A DNA stretch of 64,000 nt from Candidatus Hadarchaeales archaeon (GCA_038851075.1 JAWCLG010000001.1:46206-110205); one strand, 5' to 3'. Counted from the stretch's first letter, positions 44,121-54,041 are shown. The notes: a model not told the origin generated them from the letters alone. Made by a program: numbers and translations.

Positions 44121-44783
44121 TTGCAAAGATTTAACAGAGTGGCGTGGAAGCTCTGGGGCGGAGAAAATCCCGATGAAGTTCTCCTGAAGAGATACCGGCT
44201 CTTTCTACTTGCTGGTGTGTTCCTGATTGCGATGTTTGCAGTATACAGGTCTCTAGCCGGGATAGAATTCCTGCCAAACACCGAATGGATAATACCCGTC
44301 CTAGTAGTCACGGGATCTTTCACGCTACGCTGTAGAAGGCCAAAATCAGTGAGAATAACGAGCAGGTATTTCGGGGTAATTTCACTGATAAGCGTTTTCG
44401 TGGTGTGGTTCGTGACATACGGATTTATTCCGATACATGTGTTCTGCTGGTCCGGTTTCATCTTCATCTGGCTTTTTTCAAAGAAGCTGAAACTCTCGTA
44501 CTTTGACAGGTTTTCAAGAATTCTGCTGAAAAGCACCCTTGCCACCGCGATCGCCATTATCATATACGATGTCTGGACCGGAGTGGTAGGGCACACCCTC
44601 ACCACAGGGGCTCCGCTGTGGCTGTCCATCATTGGGCAGGTGGAATTCACGCTGCGCCATCTTACCTCGCTGTTTTTCGTGCCTCCCATCGTCTGGGCTG
44701 GAAAGCTTATTATCAGGATTCCCGTGCCTGCACGGGCTTCGGTGGCCAGATCATGCTCCCAGACTCAGGGGGAGGGGAGGTGA
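44121..44783 (+). CDS. Hypothetical polytopic membrane protein (possibly an ECF-type substrate-capture component)
   Basis: 220 aa with about 6 TM helices and a TTG start. Its stop lies 4 nt before a DUF4430-like gene, and that family is often paired with vitamin transporter S components. The functional guess rests on context only. Confidence 0.45.
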   Translation: MQRFNRVAWKLWGGENPDEVLLKRYRLFLLAGVFLIAMFAVYRSLAGIEFLPNTEWIIPVLVVTGSFTLRCRRPKSVRITSRYFGVISLISVFVVWFVTYGFIPIHVFCWSGFIFIWLFSKKLKLSYFDRFSRILLKSTLATAIAIIIYDVWTGVVGHTLTTGAPLWLSIIGQVEFTLRHLTSLFFVPPIVWAGKLIIRIPVPARASVARSCSQTQGEGR

Positions 44784-44787
44784 AAAG

Positions 44788-45192
44788 ATGAGAAAATCCA
44801 TGCTTGAGATACTCGCTGCTCTGATGATAACCGGAGTGATATGTTTCGGGGCCGGAGTCTACGCTGTGGGTGGGAAAACAACCGCCTACGCAACAACCAG
44901 GGAAATTTCAGTGCACGTCACGATTGAAACAAAAAACAGCGGAATCATTGAAAAAACCGTAAAAATCAGGGACGGGATGAGTGCCTTCGATGCTCTTCTG
45001 AAAGTGACCGACACAAGGACTCAGTACTGGGAAAGCTTCGACTCATCGATTATTACTTCAGTGGGTGGAGAAGAACTCGGACCGAACGAAGGATACGTAT
45101 TCATGGTAAACGGCGAATCACCAAGCGCAAGCATGAGTGACTGTCAGCTCCACGACGGTGACAACATTCTGATAAAGTATATTTCATGGTGA
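44788..45192 (+). CDS. DUF4430-like secreted/anchored protein (transcobalamin-like beta-grasp)
   Basis: 134 aa from the ATG at 44788, with the GGAGGGGAGG SD upstream. It has an N-terminal TM/signal (MLEILAALMITGVICFGAGVYAV) and then the pattern IRDGMSAFDALLKV...SVGG...GYVFMVNGESPS...L.DGD.I typical of DUF4430. Confidence 0.55.
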   Translation: MRKSMLEILAALMITGVICFGAGVYAVGGKTTAYATTREISVHVTIETKNSGIIEKTVKIRDGMSAFDALLKVTDTRTQYWESFDSSIITSVGGEELGPNEGYVFMVNGESPSASMSDCQLHDGDNILIKYISW

Positions 45193-45753
45193 TTTGTGGA
45201 GGGTTCTGGCCGCGGCACGGGCGCCCTCCTCCGCAAGCCTCAGGTCATCCGCCGTCCCAATGACAATCACATCGCCATCTTCAGGGCTGAGCTTGCTAAA
45301 CAGCTCCTCCTCTGCATCACTGCCAACCTTCATGAAACGGTCTGGAAACACCAGCCTGCCGCCTTCACATATGAGCACGGTGGCCCCCTTAGCACCGACC
45401 TTTATCGCCTCATCCCTCTGCTCTATGCCCCTCCTGACAAGATGAGAAGCCTTCCTGACGAGTATTGCAACATTAACGCTTCCCACGGTGATTCCTGAGA
45501 CTGAAACAACCGCTGACTCTCGAGGTGCGCCCGCCATTTTTATTCCTCTCTCCGTCAGGAAATGTCCTGATCTGGTTGAGCGGACCAGCCCCCTATTCTT
45601 AAGTTCTTTCATTATTGTCCTCACGCTTCCCTCACCTATGCCCATCCTCTTGGAGAGCTCTTTTCTGCTCATTCTGCTCTCATTCAAAAGTAGGTCCATG
45701 GCCTTTCTCACGTGAACCTCCCCAAATCTCGGCAAGGGACCTTTATCCGACAA
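45184..45753 (-). CDS. Winged-helix transcriptional regulator with a C-terminal DUF4443-like domain
   Basis: The N-terminal wHTH is LLNESRMSRKELSKRMGIGEGSVRTIMKELKNRGLV. A C-terminal alpha/beta domain of about 120 aa follows. It is divergent from argG-argH. Confidence 0.55.
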   Translation of the reverse strand: MSDKGPLPRFGEVHVRKAMDLLLNESRMSRKELSKRMGIGEGSVRTIMKELKNRGLVRSTRSGHFLTERGIKMAGAPRESAVVSVSGITVGSVNVAILVRKASHLVRRGIEQRDEAIKVGAKGATVLICEGGRLVFPDRFMKVGSDAEEELFSKLSPEDGDVIVIGTADDLRLAEEGARAAARTLHKSP

Positions 45754-45784
45754 TTCACCACCAGAGATATATGCGCTGAGTAAA

Positions 45785-45794
45785 GTTTTAAATA
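45785..45794 (+). promoter_or_regulatory. TATA-like box upstream of argG(1)-argH
   Basis: GTTTTAAATA ends 27 nt before the argG ATG (45822). This spacing is consistent with a near-leaderless archaeal transcript. Confidence 0.3.
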
Positions 45795-45821
45795 CGGTCG
45801 TGCCTAAAGAGTAGGAGTCAC

Positions 45822-47054
45822 ATGGGGATCGAAGAAATAATAAAAAAAATAGAGAACACGCCTGTGCCGAAGGTTAAAAAAGTGGCGTGCGCCTTTTCAG
45901 GAGGTTTAGACTCCAGCCTCAGCATAGAGCTCCTGAAACGCAAGTACAAGGCAGAGGAGATCATTCCAATAACCGTTGATGTCGGACAGGGTGAGCAGGA
46001 GCTAGAGATGGCAAGAAAGCACGGGAAGATGCTTGGAGTCAATCCGATCATAATTGATGCCAAGGACGAATTTTCAAATCACTGGATAGCAACGGCGATA
46101 AGGGCTAACTCAGACTATGAAGGCTATCCTGTTTCAACCTCAATGACAAGACAGCTTATAGCCAGAGTAGTTGCTGAAAAAGCGCGCGAGCTGGGATGCG
46201 ACGCCCTCATAGAGGGAAGCAGCGGGAAGGGCAATGACCAGTTCAGAATGCACAACGTGTTCACACTATTCGCCCCCGGGCTTGAGATACTGGTCCCGGT
46301 GAGAGACTTCGATCTGAGCAGAAAAGATGAAGAAGAGATCTGCAAAGCATGGGGAGTTCCAGTTGCCGAGACCATAACCGGTGGGGACGACAAGACACTG
46401 TGGTGCAGATCCATCGCAAGCGGAGCGATAGACCTTGACCAAGAGCTTCCAGAGGATATATGGATGTGGCTAAAGCCTCCGGAGAAGGCAAAGAACGAGC
46501 CCACGGTAATAGATATCGAATTCAAAGAGGGGATACCGGTGAAACTCAACGGTGAGAAGCTACCACTCTTCGATATCGTCTACCGACTGAATTACATCGC
46601 CGGAGAGAACGGCATCGGGAGAATAGATATGTTTGAGGACGGGATAATGAGCCTCAAATCTAGAGAGATATACGAGGCCCCGGCTGCACACGTGATACTG
46701 ACACTTCACAGAGATCTGGAGCAGTTCTGCCTGACCAAGGATGAGATCATGTTCAAGAAAATCGTCGATCAAAAGTGGGCATACATGATATATCACGGAC
46801 AGGCATATCATCCTCTGAGATACGAACTGGACGCATTCATCAACGAGTCTCAAAAGAGCGTTGAAGGTGAATACAGAGTAAAGCTGTATAAAGGAACAAT
46901 AGAGATACTGAGAAGAAGGTCCGATACAGGACTATTTGCGCCCGAGATAAGATCGATAAAGGCCAAAGGTTTTGACCAGCGCATGTCTAAAGGAGCCGCT
47001 CACATAGGAGGACTTATTTATCAGGTACTCGCTATGAGAAAACGAGTGAAGTAA
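45822..47054 (+). CDS. argG: Argininosuccinate synthase-family protein, copy 1 (the more divergent paralogue)
   Basis: It has the PP-loop CAFSGGLDSS, GSSGKGNDQFRM, IGRIDMFEDGIMSLKSREIYEAPAA and RVKLYKG. The region equivalent to the canonical SIDENLWGRSIEG block is GGDDKTLWCRSIASG. It lies 1 nt from argH. Confidence 0.75.
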   Translation: MGIEEIIKKIENTPVPKVKKVACAFSGGLDSSLSIELLKRKYKAEEIIPITVDVGQGEQELEMARKHGKMLGVNPIIIDAKDEFSNHWIATAIRANSDYEGYPVSTSMTRQLIARVVAEKARELGCDALIEGSSGKGNDQFRMHNVFTLFAPGLEILVPVRDFDLSRKDEEEICKAWGVPVAETITGGDDKTLWCRSIASGAIDLDQELPEDIWMWLKPPEKAKNEPTVIDIEFKEGIPVKLNGEKLPLFDIVYRLNYIAGENGIGRIDMFEDGIMSLKSREIYEAPAAHVILTLHRDLEQFCLTKDEIMFKKIVDQKWAYMIYHGQAYHPLRYELDAFINESQKSVEGEYRVKLYKGTIEILRRRSDTGLFAPEIRSIKAKGFDQRMSKGAAHIGGLIYQVLAMRKRVK

Positions 47055-47055
47055 G

Positions 47056-48408
47056 ATGCCAAAGCTATGGGAGAAGGGCTACAAGCTAGATCCTTATATA
47101 GAGTGTTTTACTGTTGGTGAAGACTACCTGATAGATCGAAAGCTCATTGAATCAGATATTTACGGAAACATTGCACATGCCCGCATGCTCCATAAAATAG
47201 GCATACTCTCATCAACGGAGTTCTCCAAACTAAAAAGGTGCCTGATTGAGATACTCAAAAAGTCGAAAAATGGAACTTTCACCGTGAAAAATGTGGATGA
47301 GGACGTTCACACCGCGGTTGAAAACTATCTAACGAACAGGCTCGGCAAGATCGGGAAGAAAATTCACACGGGGAGATCAAGAAATGATCAGGCCCTGCTT
47401 GACATCAGGCTGTACGCTCGCGGAGAACTCATCAAAATATTTGAAGAGCTGCTGGAACTGGCGGAGACTCTGGCAAAATTTGCATCCAAGCACAAATCGG
47501 TTCCAATGCCCGGAAGAACTCACACGCAGAGAGCTATGCCCTCGTCGGTGGGGCTCTGGGCTGCCGCTTTCGCGGAGTCGCTGATGGATGACATTAAACT
47601 GCTAAAGACCGTGTACTCCCTGAACAATCAGTGCCCGCTGGGGTCAGCTGCCAGCTACGGAGTTCCTCTTCCGATAGACAGACAGATGGTGAGCGATCTT
47701 CTCGGATTTGAAAAAGTCCAGAACAACGTGCTCTATGCGAACAACAGCAGGGGGAAAATTGAAGCCATGATAGTTTTTGCAATGACGCAGATTTCCGAGG
47801 ACCTGTCAAAGCTCGCAAATGACCTGATTTTCTTCAGCATACCCGAACTGGGATACTTCTCGCTTCCAAAGGAGTACTGTCCCGGCTCGAGCATAATGCC
47901 GCAGAAGCTGAACCCCTGCCCCCTCGAGATAGTCAGGGCGCGGTCGGCTGGAAACATCGCCAGGCTTGTTCAGCTTATTGTGACGATAAGAAACCTGCCA
48001 TCGGGGTACAACAGAGATTTTCAGGAAACTAAAAAGCCTCTCATGGAATCTCTGGAATCAACCATGCAGTGTATAAAGACAATGAGGATGATATTCAATA
48101 AGCTCAGGGTGAACAGGGACGTGCTGATCAGCTCATTCACTCCTGAAATTTTTGCCGCGGACATGGCTCTAAAGATAGCGGTTGAGGGAAAAATGCCATT
48201 CAGAGATGCGTACAGAAAAGTCGCTGGAGAGCTTGAGAGCCTTAAAGCGGAGGATCCGGTGAAAAACATAATGTCTAAGAGACATATGGGAGCCACGGGT
48301 AATCTAGGGATAGATCGGCTCATGATGGAAATAAACTCCGAGAAAAGAAAGGTTAGATCCGAGAGAAAAAAGGTTGAGGAAGTCTACAAAAAGCTGAAGA
48401 ACCTCTAG
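47056..48408 (+). CDS. argH: Argininosuccinate lyase
   Basis: 450 aa of the fumarase/aspartase family, with HTGRSRNDQ, MPGRTHTQRAMP and the signature GSSIMPQKLNP. Confidence 0.9.
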   Translation: MPKLWEKGYKLDPYIECFTVGEDYLIDRKLIESDIYGNIAHARMLHKIGILSSTEFSKLKRCLIEILKKSKNGTFTVKNVDEDVHTAVENYLTNRLGKIGKKIHTGRSRNDQALLDIRLYARGELIKIFEELLELAETLAKFASKHKSVPMPGRTHTQRAMPSSVGLWAAAFAESLMDDIKLLKTVYSLNNQCPLGSAASYGVPLPIDRQMVSDLLGFEKVQNNVLYANNSRGKIEAMIVFAMTQISEDLSKLANDLIFFSIPELGYFSLPKEYCPGSSIMPQKLNPCPLEIVRARSAGNIARLVQLIVTIRNLPSGYNRDFQETKKPLMESLESTMQCIKTMRMIFNKLRVNRDVLISSFTPEIFAADMALKIAVEGKMPFRDAYRKVAGELESLKAEDPVKNIMSKRHMGATGNLGIDRLMMEINSEKRKVRSERKKVEEVYKKLKNL

Positions 48409-49328
48409 CGGCTCTTAATAATCTTCAGAAGCAGTGCTTTCTGAGCGTGCATTCTGTTCTCAGCCTGATCCCAAACAACGGACCAGCGCCCGTCTATCAC
48501 ATCCGCAGAAACCTCCTCCCCGCGCTTTGCGGGAAGACAGTGCATAAATATCGCATCACCCTTGGCAGCCTTCATCAGCTCCGACGTTACCTGGAACCCC
48601 TTAAAGTCCCGCATTCTCTTTTCTTTCTCCGCCTCCATGCCCATCGAGACAAAAACATCTGTATAGACAACATCGGCTCCAGTCACCGCCTCAACCGGAA
48701 CATTCAGCAGCTCAACTCTGCTTCCGCTCTCCCTCACATTTTTTTCAGCCAAAGACAGCACATCGCTGGGTGGCTCGTATCCTTTAGGACATGCGAGCGC
48801 AAAGTCTGCACCAACGGCTGTACATCCGAGCAAAAGCGAGTTGCATACATTATTGCCATCGCCGACCCACGCCACCTTCAATCCCTTCAGCCTGCCCTTG
48901 TGCTCCTGCATCGTCATGAGGTCTGCAAGAGTCTGGCATGGGTGATGGAGGTCCGTGAGGGCGTTGATCACGGGTACGCTGGAGAACCTTGCAAGCTCCT
49001 CGATATCCTGATGTTTGAAAAGCCTCGCCACGATCACGTCCACGTACCTTGAGAGGGTGCGTGCGGTATCGGCTATTGTCTCACCTCTACCCAGCTGCAG
49101 GTCGTTCCATCCCATGTATATCGCATGACCGCCGAGCTGTGTCGTCGCGACCTCAAAACTGACCCTTGTGCGGGTGGAGGGCTTGGAGAATATCATTCCT
49201 ACTGTTTTCCCCATCAGGTCCTTTCTCATCTTTCCGGCCCTGAGTTCCCGTTTCAGGGCCACGGCCTTTTTCAATATTTCCAGTATCTCTCTTTTTTTCA
49301 GGTCCTGTATCGAAAGCAGATGCCTCAT
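48405..49328 (-). CDS. argF: Ornithine carbamoyltransferase
   Basis: It has the motifs STRTRVSFE, HPCQ, DVFVSMG and HCLPA, which distinguish OTCase from ATCase. Confidence 0.9.
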   Translation of the reverse strand: MRHLLSIQDLKKREILEILKKAVALKRELRAGKMRKDLMGKTVGMIFSKPSTRTRVSFEVATTQLGGHAIYMGWNDLQLGRGETIADTARTLSRYVDVIVARLFKHQDIEELARFSSVPVINALTDLHHPCQTLADLMTMQEHKGRLKGLKVAWVGDGNNVCNSLLLGCTAVGADFALACPKGYEPPSDVLSLAEKNVRESGSRVELLNVPVEAVTGADVVYTDVFVSMGMEAEKEKRMRDFKGFQVTSELMKAAKGDAIFMHCLPAKRGEEVSADVIDGRWSVVWDQAENRMHAQKALLLKIIKSR

Positions 49329-50524
49329 GGTTGCACCTTATCCAGTATTTTCTCAAGAGCGAATATCAGACCATCTATATGTTTTTTCTCAACTATTAAA
49401 GGAGGCGTGAACCTGAGCACCCTGCCTGCAGTGCGATTTATGAGAAAACCCATGCCGGCTGCCATTTTAACGGCATTCTCAGCTTTTTTATCGTTATCCA
49501 GCTCCATGCCAAGCAGCAGCCCGAGGCCTCTCACGTCAACAACGGACTGAAACCTGTCCTTTAACTCCATGAGCCTCTCTTTAAAATATCCTCCAATTCT
49601 GTCGGACCTGCGTGGAAGGTCAAGACGCCTCATTGTCTTTACGGTGGCTATACCCGCAGCGCAGGCGAGAGGATTTCCCCCGAAGGTGGAGGCGTGATCA
49701 CCAGGCGAGAAAGAATCCATTACTTCGTCACTCGATCCGAAGCAACCTATTGGAAATCCCCCGCCCAGACCCTTTGCAATTGTAATTATATCCGGTCTCA
49801 CCTTCCAGCGCTGACAGGCAAACCACCTTCCCGTTCTACCCATTCCTGTCTGTATTTCATCGCAGATCAGCAGGGCCCCTTTCTCCTCGCAGATCTCTTC
49901 AAGCCCTTTCAGATAATCATCGGAAGGGACGTTCACACCGCCCTCGCCCTGAACTGGCTCCACAACAACTGCAACTGTGTCATCATCAACGGCCTTGCGT
50001 GCTGCCTCTAGGTCATTATACGGCACAAAGGTGAACACGTTTGGAATGATGGCGCTGTAAGGCTCCCTGTAGCGTGGGGTCCAAGTAGCCCCAACTGCCG
50101 CAGCGGTTCTTCCGTGGAACGACCCTTGCATCGCAACTATGCGTTTTCTTTTGGTATACTTCACGGCTAGTTTAAAGGACCCCTCAATTGCCTCTGCCCC
50201 AGAATTGCAGAAAAAGAACTTTCGTATTGAGTCCGGTACTATTTTCGAGAGAAGCTCTGCGAGTTCGACCTGCTGCTGTATATAGTAAAGATTTGAAACG
50301 TGCATTAACCTTCTAGCCTGATCCGATATCGCTCTGCTAAGATCCGGGTGACAGTGCCCAAGCACGCAGACCGCGACACCTCCGGTAAAGTCAGCATATT
50401 TTTTTCCATCAGAGTCCCAAACAAACATTCCTCTGCCCCGGAGCGGAGCTATGGGCTGCCGGGAATAAGTATTCGCAAGGTACTGCCCGGCCGCCTTGAT
50501 GATGTCCGCAGTCCTCAACACCAC
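49325..50524 (-). CDS. argD: Acetylornithine aminotransferase (class III PLP aminotransferase)
   Basis: 399 aa with NSGAEAIE, DEIQTGMGRTG and the PLP lysine region DIITIAKGLGGG. It overlaps argF by 4 nt. Confidence 0.85.
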   Translation of the reverse strand: MVLRTADIIKAAGQYLANTYSRQPIAPLRGRGMFVWDSDGKKYADFTGGVAVCVLGHCHPDLSRAISDQARRLMHVSNLYYIQQQVELAELLSKIVPDSIRKFFFCNSGAEAIEGSFKLAVKYTKRKRIVAMQGSFHGRTAAAVGATWTPRYREPYSAIIPNVFTFVPYNDLEAARKAVDDDTVAVVVEPVQGEGGVNVPSDDYLKGLEEICEEKGALLICDEIQTGMGRTGRWFACQRWKVRPDIITIAKGLGGGFPIGCFGSSDEVMDSFSPGDHASTFGGNPLACAAGIATVKTMRRLDLPRRSDRIGGYFKERLMELKDRFQSVVDVRGLGLLLGMELDNDKKAENAVKMAAGMGFLINRTAGRVLRFTPPLIVEKKHIDGLIFALEKILDKVQP

Positions 50525-50528
50525 AACC

Positions 50529-51431
50529 TCACGTTGAATTCGTGGGGTTCTGGCCCCGCTCGATCATCGTTCCCACGCCGCTCTTAGTCAATATCTCCAG
50601 AAGAAGAACATGTGGTTGAGTTCCCTTGAGTATGTGTGTCTTTTCTACGCCTCCCTGAATTGCCCTAATGCAGGCCTCGACTTTTGGTATCATCCCTTTC
50701 TTTATAACACCATCCTGAATAAGCTTCTGCGTTTCCTCCACCGTCAGTGACGAGATTATGCTGGATTCGTCGTTCGGGTCTCTGAGCACCCCGGTCACGT
50801 CTGTGAGAAGTATCAGCTTCTTTGCCTTCATTGCTATCGCTATCTCAGCTGCTGCGGTGTCCGCGTTAATGTTAAGACTGTGTCCCTCGCCATTCACCCC
50901 TATCGGAGCAACCACAGGTATGCACCCGCTTTTTATGAGATTGTTCAGTATCGTTGGATCCACCCGTTCCACCTCGCCAACAAAGCCCAGGTCCACCTCA
51001 ACTTCCTTTCCTTTGCTGGTGGTGGTTTTGTAAATCATCTTTCTCGCCCTTATCAGGTTTCCGTCAATTCCTGAAACACCAAAGGCCTTGCCGCCGTACT
51101 GGTTTATCCCGAGGACTATCTGCTTGTTTATCTTCCCGGCAAGCTGCTCGTGGATGATCTCTATGGTCTTCTCATCAGTGACCCGCAGTCCCTCAACAAA
51201 CTTCGGCTTTATGTTCATCTTTTTCATTTCCTCGCTTATCTCCGGACCTCCGCCGTGCACCAGCACCACCTTCATCCCGAAAAGGTTGAGGAGCACAATG
51301 TCTCTTAACAGGGAATCCAGTGACTGATCCTGACTGAGAACGCTCCCTCCAACCTTCACAACTATTGTCTTACCGTGGAACTCCTGGATGAAAGGAAGCG
51401 CTTCAAGCATCACCTTCGCGCGGTCTTCCAT
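50529..51431 (-). CDS. argB: Acetylglutamate kinase
   Basis: It has LPFIQEFHGKTIVVKVGG, VLVHGGGP and the INADTAAAEIA amino-acid-kinase blocks. GAAGGAG lies upstream of the ATG at 51431, and the track start at 51452 is a GTG inside that SD. Confidence 0.85.
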   Translation of the reverse strand: MEDRAKVMLEALPFIQEFHGKTIVVKVGGSVLSQDQSLDSLLRDIVLLNLFGMKVVLVHGGGPEISEEMKKMNIKPKFVEGLRVTDEKTIEIIHEQLAGKINKQIVLGINQYGGKAFGVSGIDGNLIRARKMIYKTTTSKGKEVEVDLGFVGEVERVDPTILNNLIKSGCIPVVAPIGVNGEGHSLNINADTAAAEIAIAMKAKKLILLTDVTGVLRDPNDESSIISSLTVEETQKLIQDGVIKKGMIPKVEACIRAIQGGVEKTHILKGTQPHVLLLEILTKSGVGTMIERGQNPTNST

Positions 51432-51534
51432 GATATCGACCTCCTTCCCCACCGCTAAAATTGTGCGCCGCGATTAAAAACATTTGGTAAACCATAGTCC
51501 CCCAACCCCCTTTAGGAGGCTGTCAGATTCTGGC

Positions 51535-51831
51535 CTATCTCTGCAGCAAAAGCTTGAGAGAAATCAAAAGTGACCCTATAAGAATGCAGGTCCCGCCAAC
51601 CAGACATCCTATGTATATCCCAGCAGCCCCAATCTGCTCCGCAATAGAACTCTCCCCAATTTCCTGAATGAACTCTGCAAGAAGCTGGAAACCGAGCCTT
51701 ATAAGAAGGAACATCGCACCGACAACAAGCAGTGATACTCCTCCATCGATTCGCCTTCCCCGCAGATGATAGACTATGACGGCTGCCGACAGGACAGCGA
51801 CGGGCGCCAGCACTCCTTCGATACTTATCAT
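51535..51831 (-). CDS. Small hypothetical membrane protein (3 TM helices)
   Basis: 98 aa of hydrophobic helices. I recognised no family. Confidence 0.4.
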   Translation of the reverse strand: MISIEGVLAPVAVLSAAVIVYHLRGRRIDGGVSLLVVGAMFLLIRLGFQLLAEFIQEIGESSIAEQIGAAGIYIGCLVGGTCILIGSLLISLKLLLQR

Positions 51832-51877
51832 CAGACCAATATTAGATTGAATTAAACCATTTTAATCCTGCTGTATG

Positions 51878-53911
51878 TCACTTTCTCTTTATCAGTTCGA
51901 ATATATCTGGAGATATCATCTCGCGTCTGCGCTTGATCTTCCGGGCGATGAGAAATATAACGATTGCCACGACCACGATAACCGCCACTATCACAATCAA
52001 TCCCGTGTTTCCTTCCTCAGGACCAACGATAAGAGTTATGCTCTTGACGTGCCTCTCTCCTCCGTAAACGAGCACGAGTTCACCCATATAAACGCCGTAT
52101 TCCGCGTACTGTGGATTGGCAACCGTAAAAATTATCGTGCTCTCAACCCCAGGCTCAAGAGCTATTATTATCTCAGCGGGCTTTACATCCCAGCCTGGCG
52201 GAAGTTCCAGCCTCACGCGCACCGGCACCGTGTTCTCGGTTATGTTATTCAAACAAACGTGTATCTCGCCAGTCCCCCCAAGAAACATCTGCTTGGAGTA
52301 TAACCGGACCACCTGAATCGCCGCGGCGCCTGTTTCATAAATCGCGGTGAGCTGTTTCACTTGCCAGTAGAAAAGCGGAGCCAGCTCGTCCTCGATTTTT
52401 CCAACTGAGTACGATACGCGTCTCCTCTCGTAGGATTGTATGCCGGACAGTGCCCACCTGACCACCGGATCGCTCTCCAAAATTTCTGGTTCCGGGTCGA
52501 ACGAAACTTCCTCGGCGCTCGCTACCATCGTTTTCGGTATTCCCTCCGTTATCTCAACCGAACTCAGCGGAAGTCTGGAGTTCACAACGTGCAGAAAAAC
52601 ATTCGTGCTGTAATCCGCACCGTCTATCTCGACAGTTCTGGTCAAAACCGGGCTGGCGTCCGAGCACTGTTTAACCCGTATAATCGCGACTGCGTCTGCT
52701 GCTGCGTTTCCGCTGCTTGCCCTGAACCTGAGCCAGTAATCCCCGGGCGAAGTATTCCCGGAAACGCTGAAAACTCCGGCCAGAGATACCTCCTCGAGAG
52801 CGGCCAGAGTGAACGCTCCAGGCACAAACGTCGCCATGTTCTCCGCAGTTCCAGATAACGCGACCGTGATTCCAGACAGCTGCACACTGCCATTGTTCTT
52901 TATCTTGACATCAAGGAATCTGGTCTCCCCCTGAACCATCTCGACGAGAATCGGCCTGAGTTCCCAGCTCAGATACTCCTCAACCGGTAACACCAGCCCG
53001 CCTATCCCGAAATATGAAAGACCATCGGACTCTGCAGAGTAGAACACGTGCGACACATTTTCTCCAGTCTTCGATGTGGGGAGCGGCCTCCAAGTGTTCC
53101 CAATGTACCGATACATCCTGACTGAGGATTCGTCTATGAAGTTGACCGAAAGCCAAGACTTCTCCACCGAAAAAAACAGTGTCACGCTGCTGACAGCATC
53201 CTCCGAAATTCCGCTGACATCGACTCTAAAATACTTATAGGGGACGGCTGGGATCGCTGGAAGAGATCCGGGAGGAACGCTCCCAAACTGATAAACCGTA
53301 ACAGAGCAGTCATCTATGCTCTCACTCACCACTACGGTTATCCGTCTAATAACCAGGGCACTGAAGTTGAAGACCGCAGGATTTTCCGGTCCAGCCTGGA
53401 AAAACTTTGCGTTTTCCACCAATTCAGATTCCACGATCACCTCAGGCGGAAGCGGGGGCTGTTCCTCCAGCACGGAAAACGGAGTGGAACTTGAAACAGA
53501 ATGATCATCGTAGATTATCACAGCTGTAGCCTGGTAGTTCTCAGCCGTAATATTCTCAACTGTCCATATTAGCGTTAGCTCCACCTCTCCTTCCGGCGGG
53601 ATGGACTCTCCGGGTGGAGTAAAATAAAGGGTTTTAACAGTGCTTCCTGCCAGAGATATCTCCACACGGGAAACCCCAGATATGTCAATTGGCAGATCCC
53701 CTACATTCCTCAGGCGAACGTAAAATTCCACAACCTCTCCCGGAAGAGCCTCATTGGGGGTGACGCTGAACTCCTCAATAATCGCTCCCATTTGAGAAAC
53801 TATGGCAATAACGCCGCCCGACGCCTCCTGAGCGTCAGCATGGGGTAGAAAAAACGATAAAATAAACAAGACTAAAAACAGTGCAACTGCAGCCGAATGG
53901 CAGGAGGACAA
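51878..53911 (-). CDS. Cell-surface protein with CARDB/NEW3-like beta-sandwich domains, a PGF-pre-PGF-like domain and a C-terminal TM anchor
   Basis: 677 aa. The TTG start follows GGAGGT, and the Sec-type signal is ...FFLPHADA|QEAS. CARDB-like segments are ALPGEVVEFYVRLRNVGDLPID and GETRFLDVKIKNNGSVQLSG. The central block is VYQFGSVPPG...YKYFRVDVSGISEDAVSSVTLFFSVEKSWL...VRMYRY..NTWRPLPT...SDGLSYFGIGG (the PGF-pre-PGF pattern). The C-terminus is LIVIVAVIVVVAIVIFLIARKIKRRRE. Confidence 0.7.
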   Translation of the reverse strand: MSSCHSAAVALFLVLFILSFFLPHADAQEASGGVIAIVSQMGAIIEEFSVTPNEALPGEVVEFYVRLRNVGDLPIDISGVSRVEISLAGSTVKTLYFTPPGESIPPEGEVELTLIWTVENITAENYQATAVIIYDDHSVSSSTPFSVLEEQPPLPPEVIVESELVENAKFFQAGPENPAVFNFSALVIRRITVVVSESIDDCSVTVYQFGSVPPGSLPAIPAVPYKYFRVDVSGISEDAVSSVTLFFSVEKSWLSVNFIDESSVRMYRYIGNTWRPLPTSKTGENVSHVFYSAESDGLSYFGIGGLVLPVEEYLSWELRPILVEMVQGETRFLDVKIKNNGSVQLSGITVALSGTAENMATFVPGAFTLAALEEVSLAGVFSVSGNTSPGDYWLRFRASSGNAAADAVAIIRVKQCSDASPVLTRTVEIDGADYSTNVFLHVVNSRLPLSSVEITEGIPKTMVASAEEVSFDPEPEILESDPVVRWALSGIQSYERRRVSYSVGKIEDELAPLFYWQVKQLTAIYETGAAAIQVVRLYSKQMFLGGTGEIHVCLNNITENTVPVRVRLELPPGWDVKPAEIIIALEPGVESTIIFTVANPQYAEYGVYMGELVLVYGGERHVKSITLIVGPEEGNTGLIVIVAVIVVVAIVIFLIARKIKRRREMISPDIFELIKRK

Positions 53912-54041
53912 ACTTAGACCTCCAATTAAATAATACCTCTACATCGTATATGACATTTCCTCTTATTCGCCGGCGAAATAATCACAGAATTCATGACCTA
54001 AACCGAGCTGCCCTTACATAGCGGCAAAAAAATCGTGCTAA

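Noticed and set aside
44033-44689. A 218-aa minus-strand ORF opposite the 220-aa plus-strand membrane protein
   Set aside because: The minus-strand translation has no coherent domain or TM pattern. The plus-strand product has regular TM helices and is coupled to the downstream DUF4430 gene.
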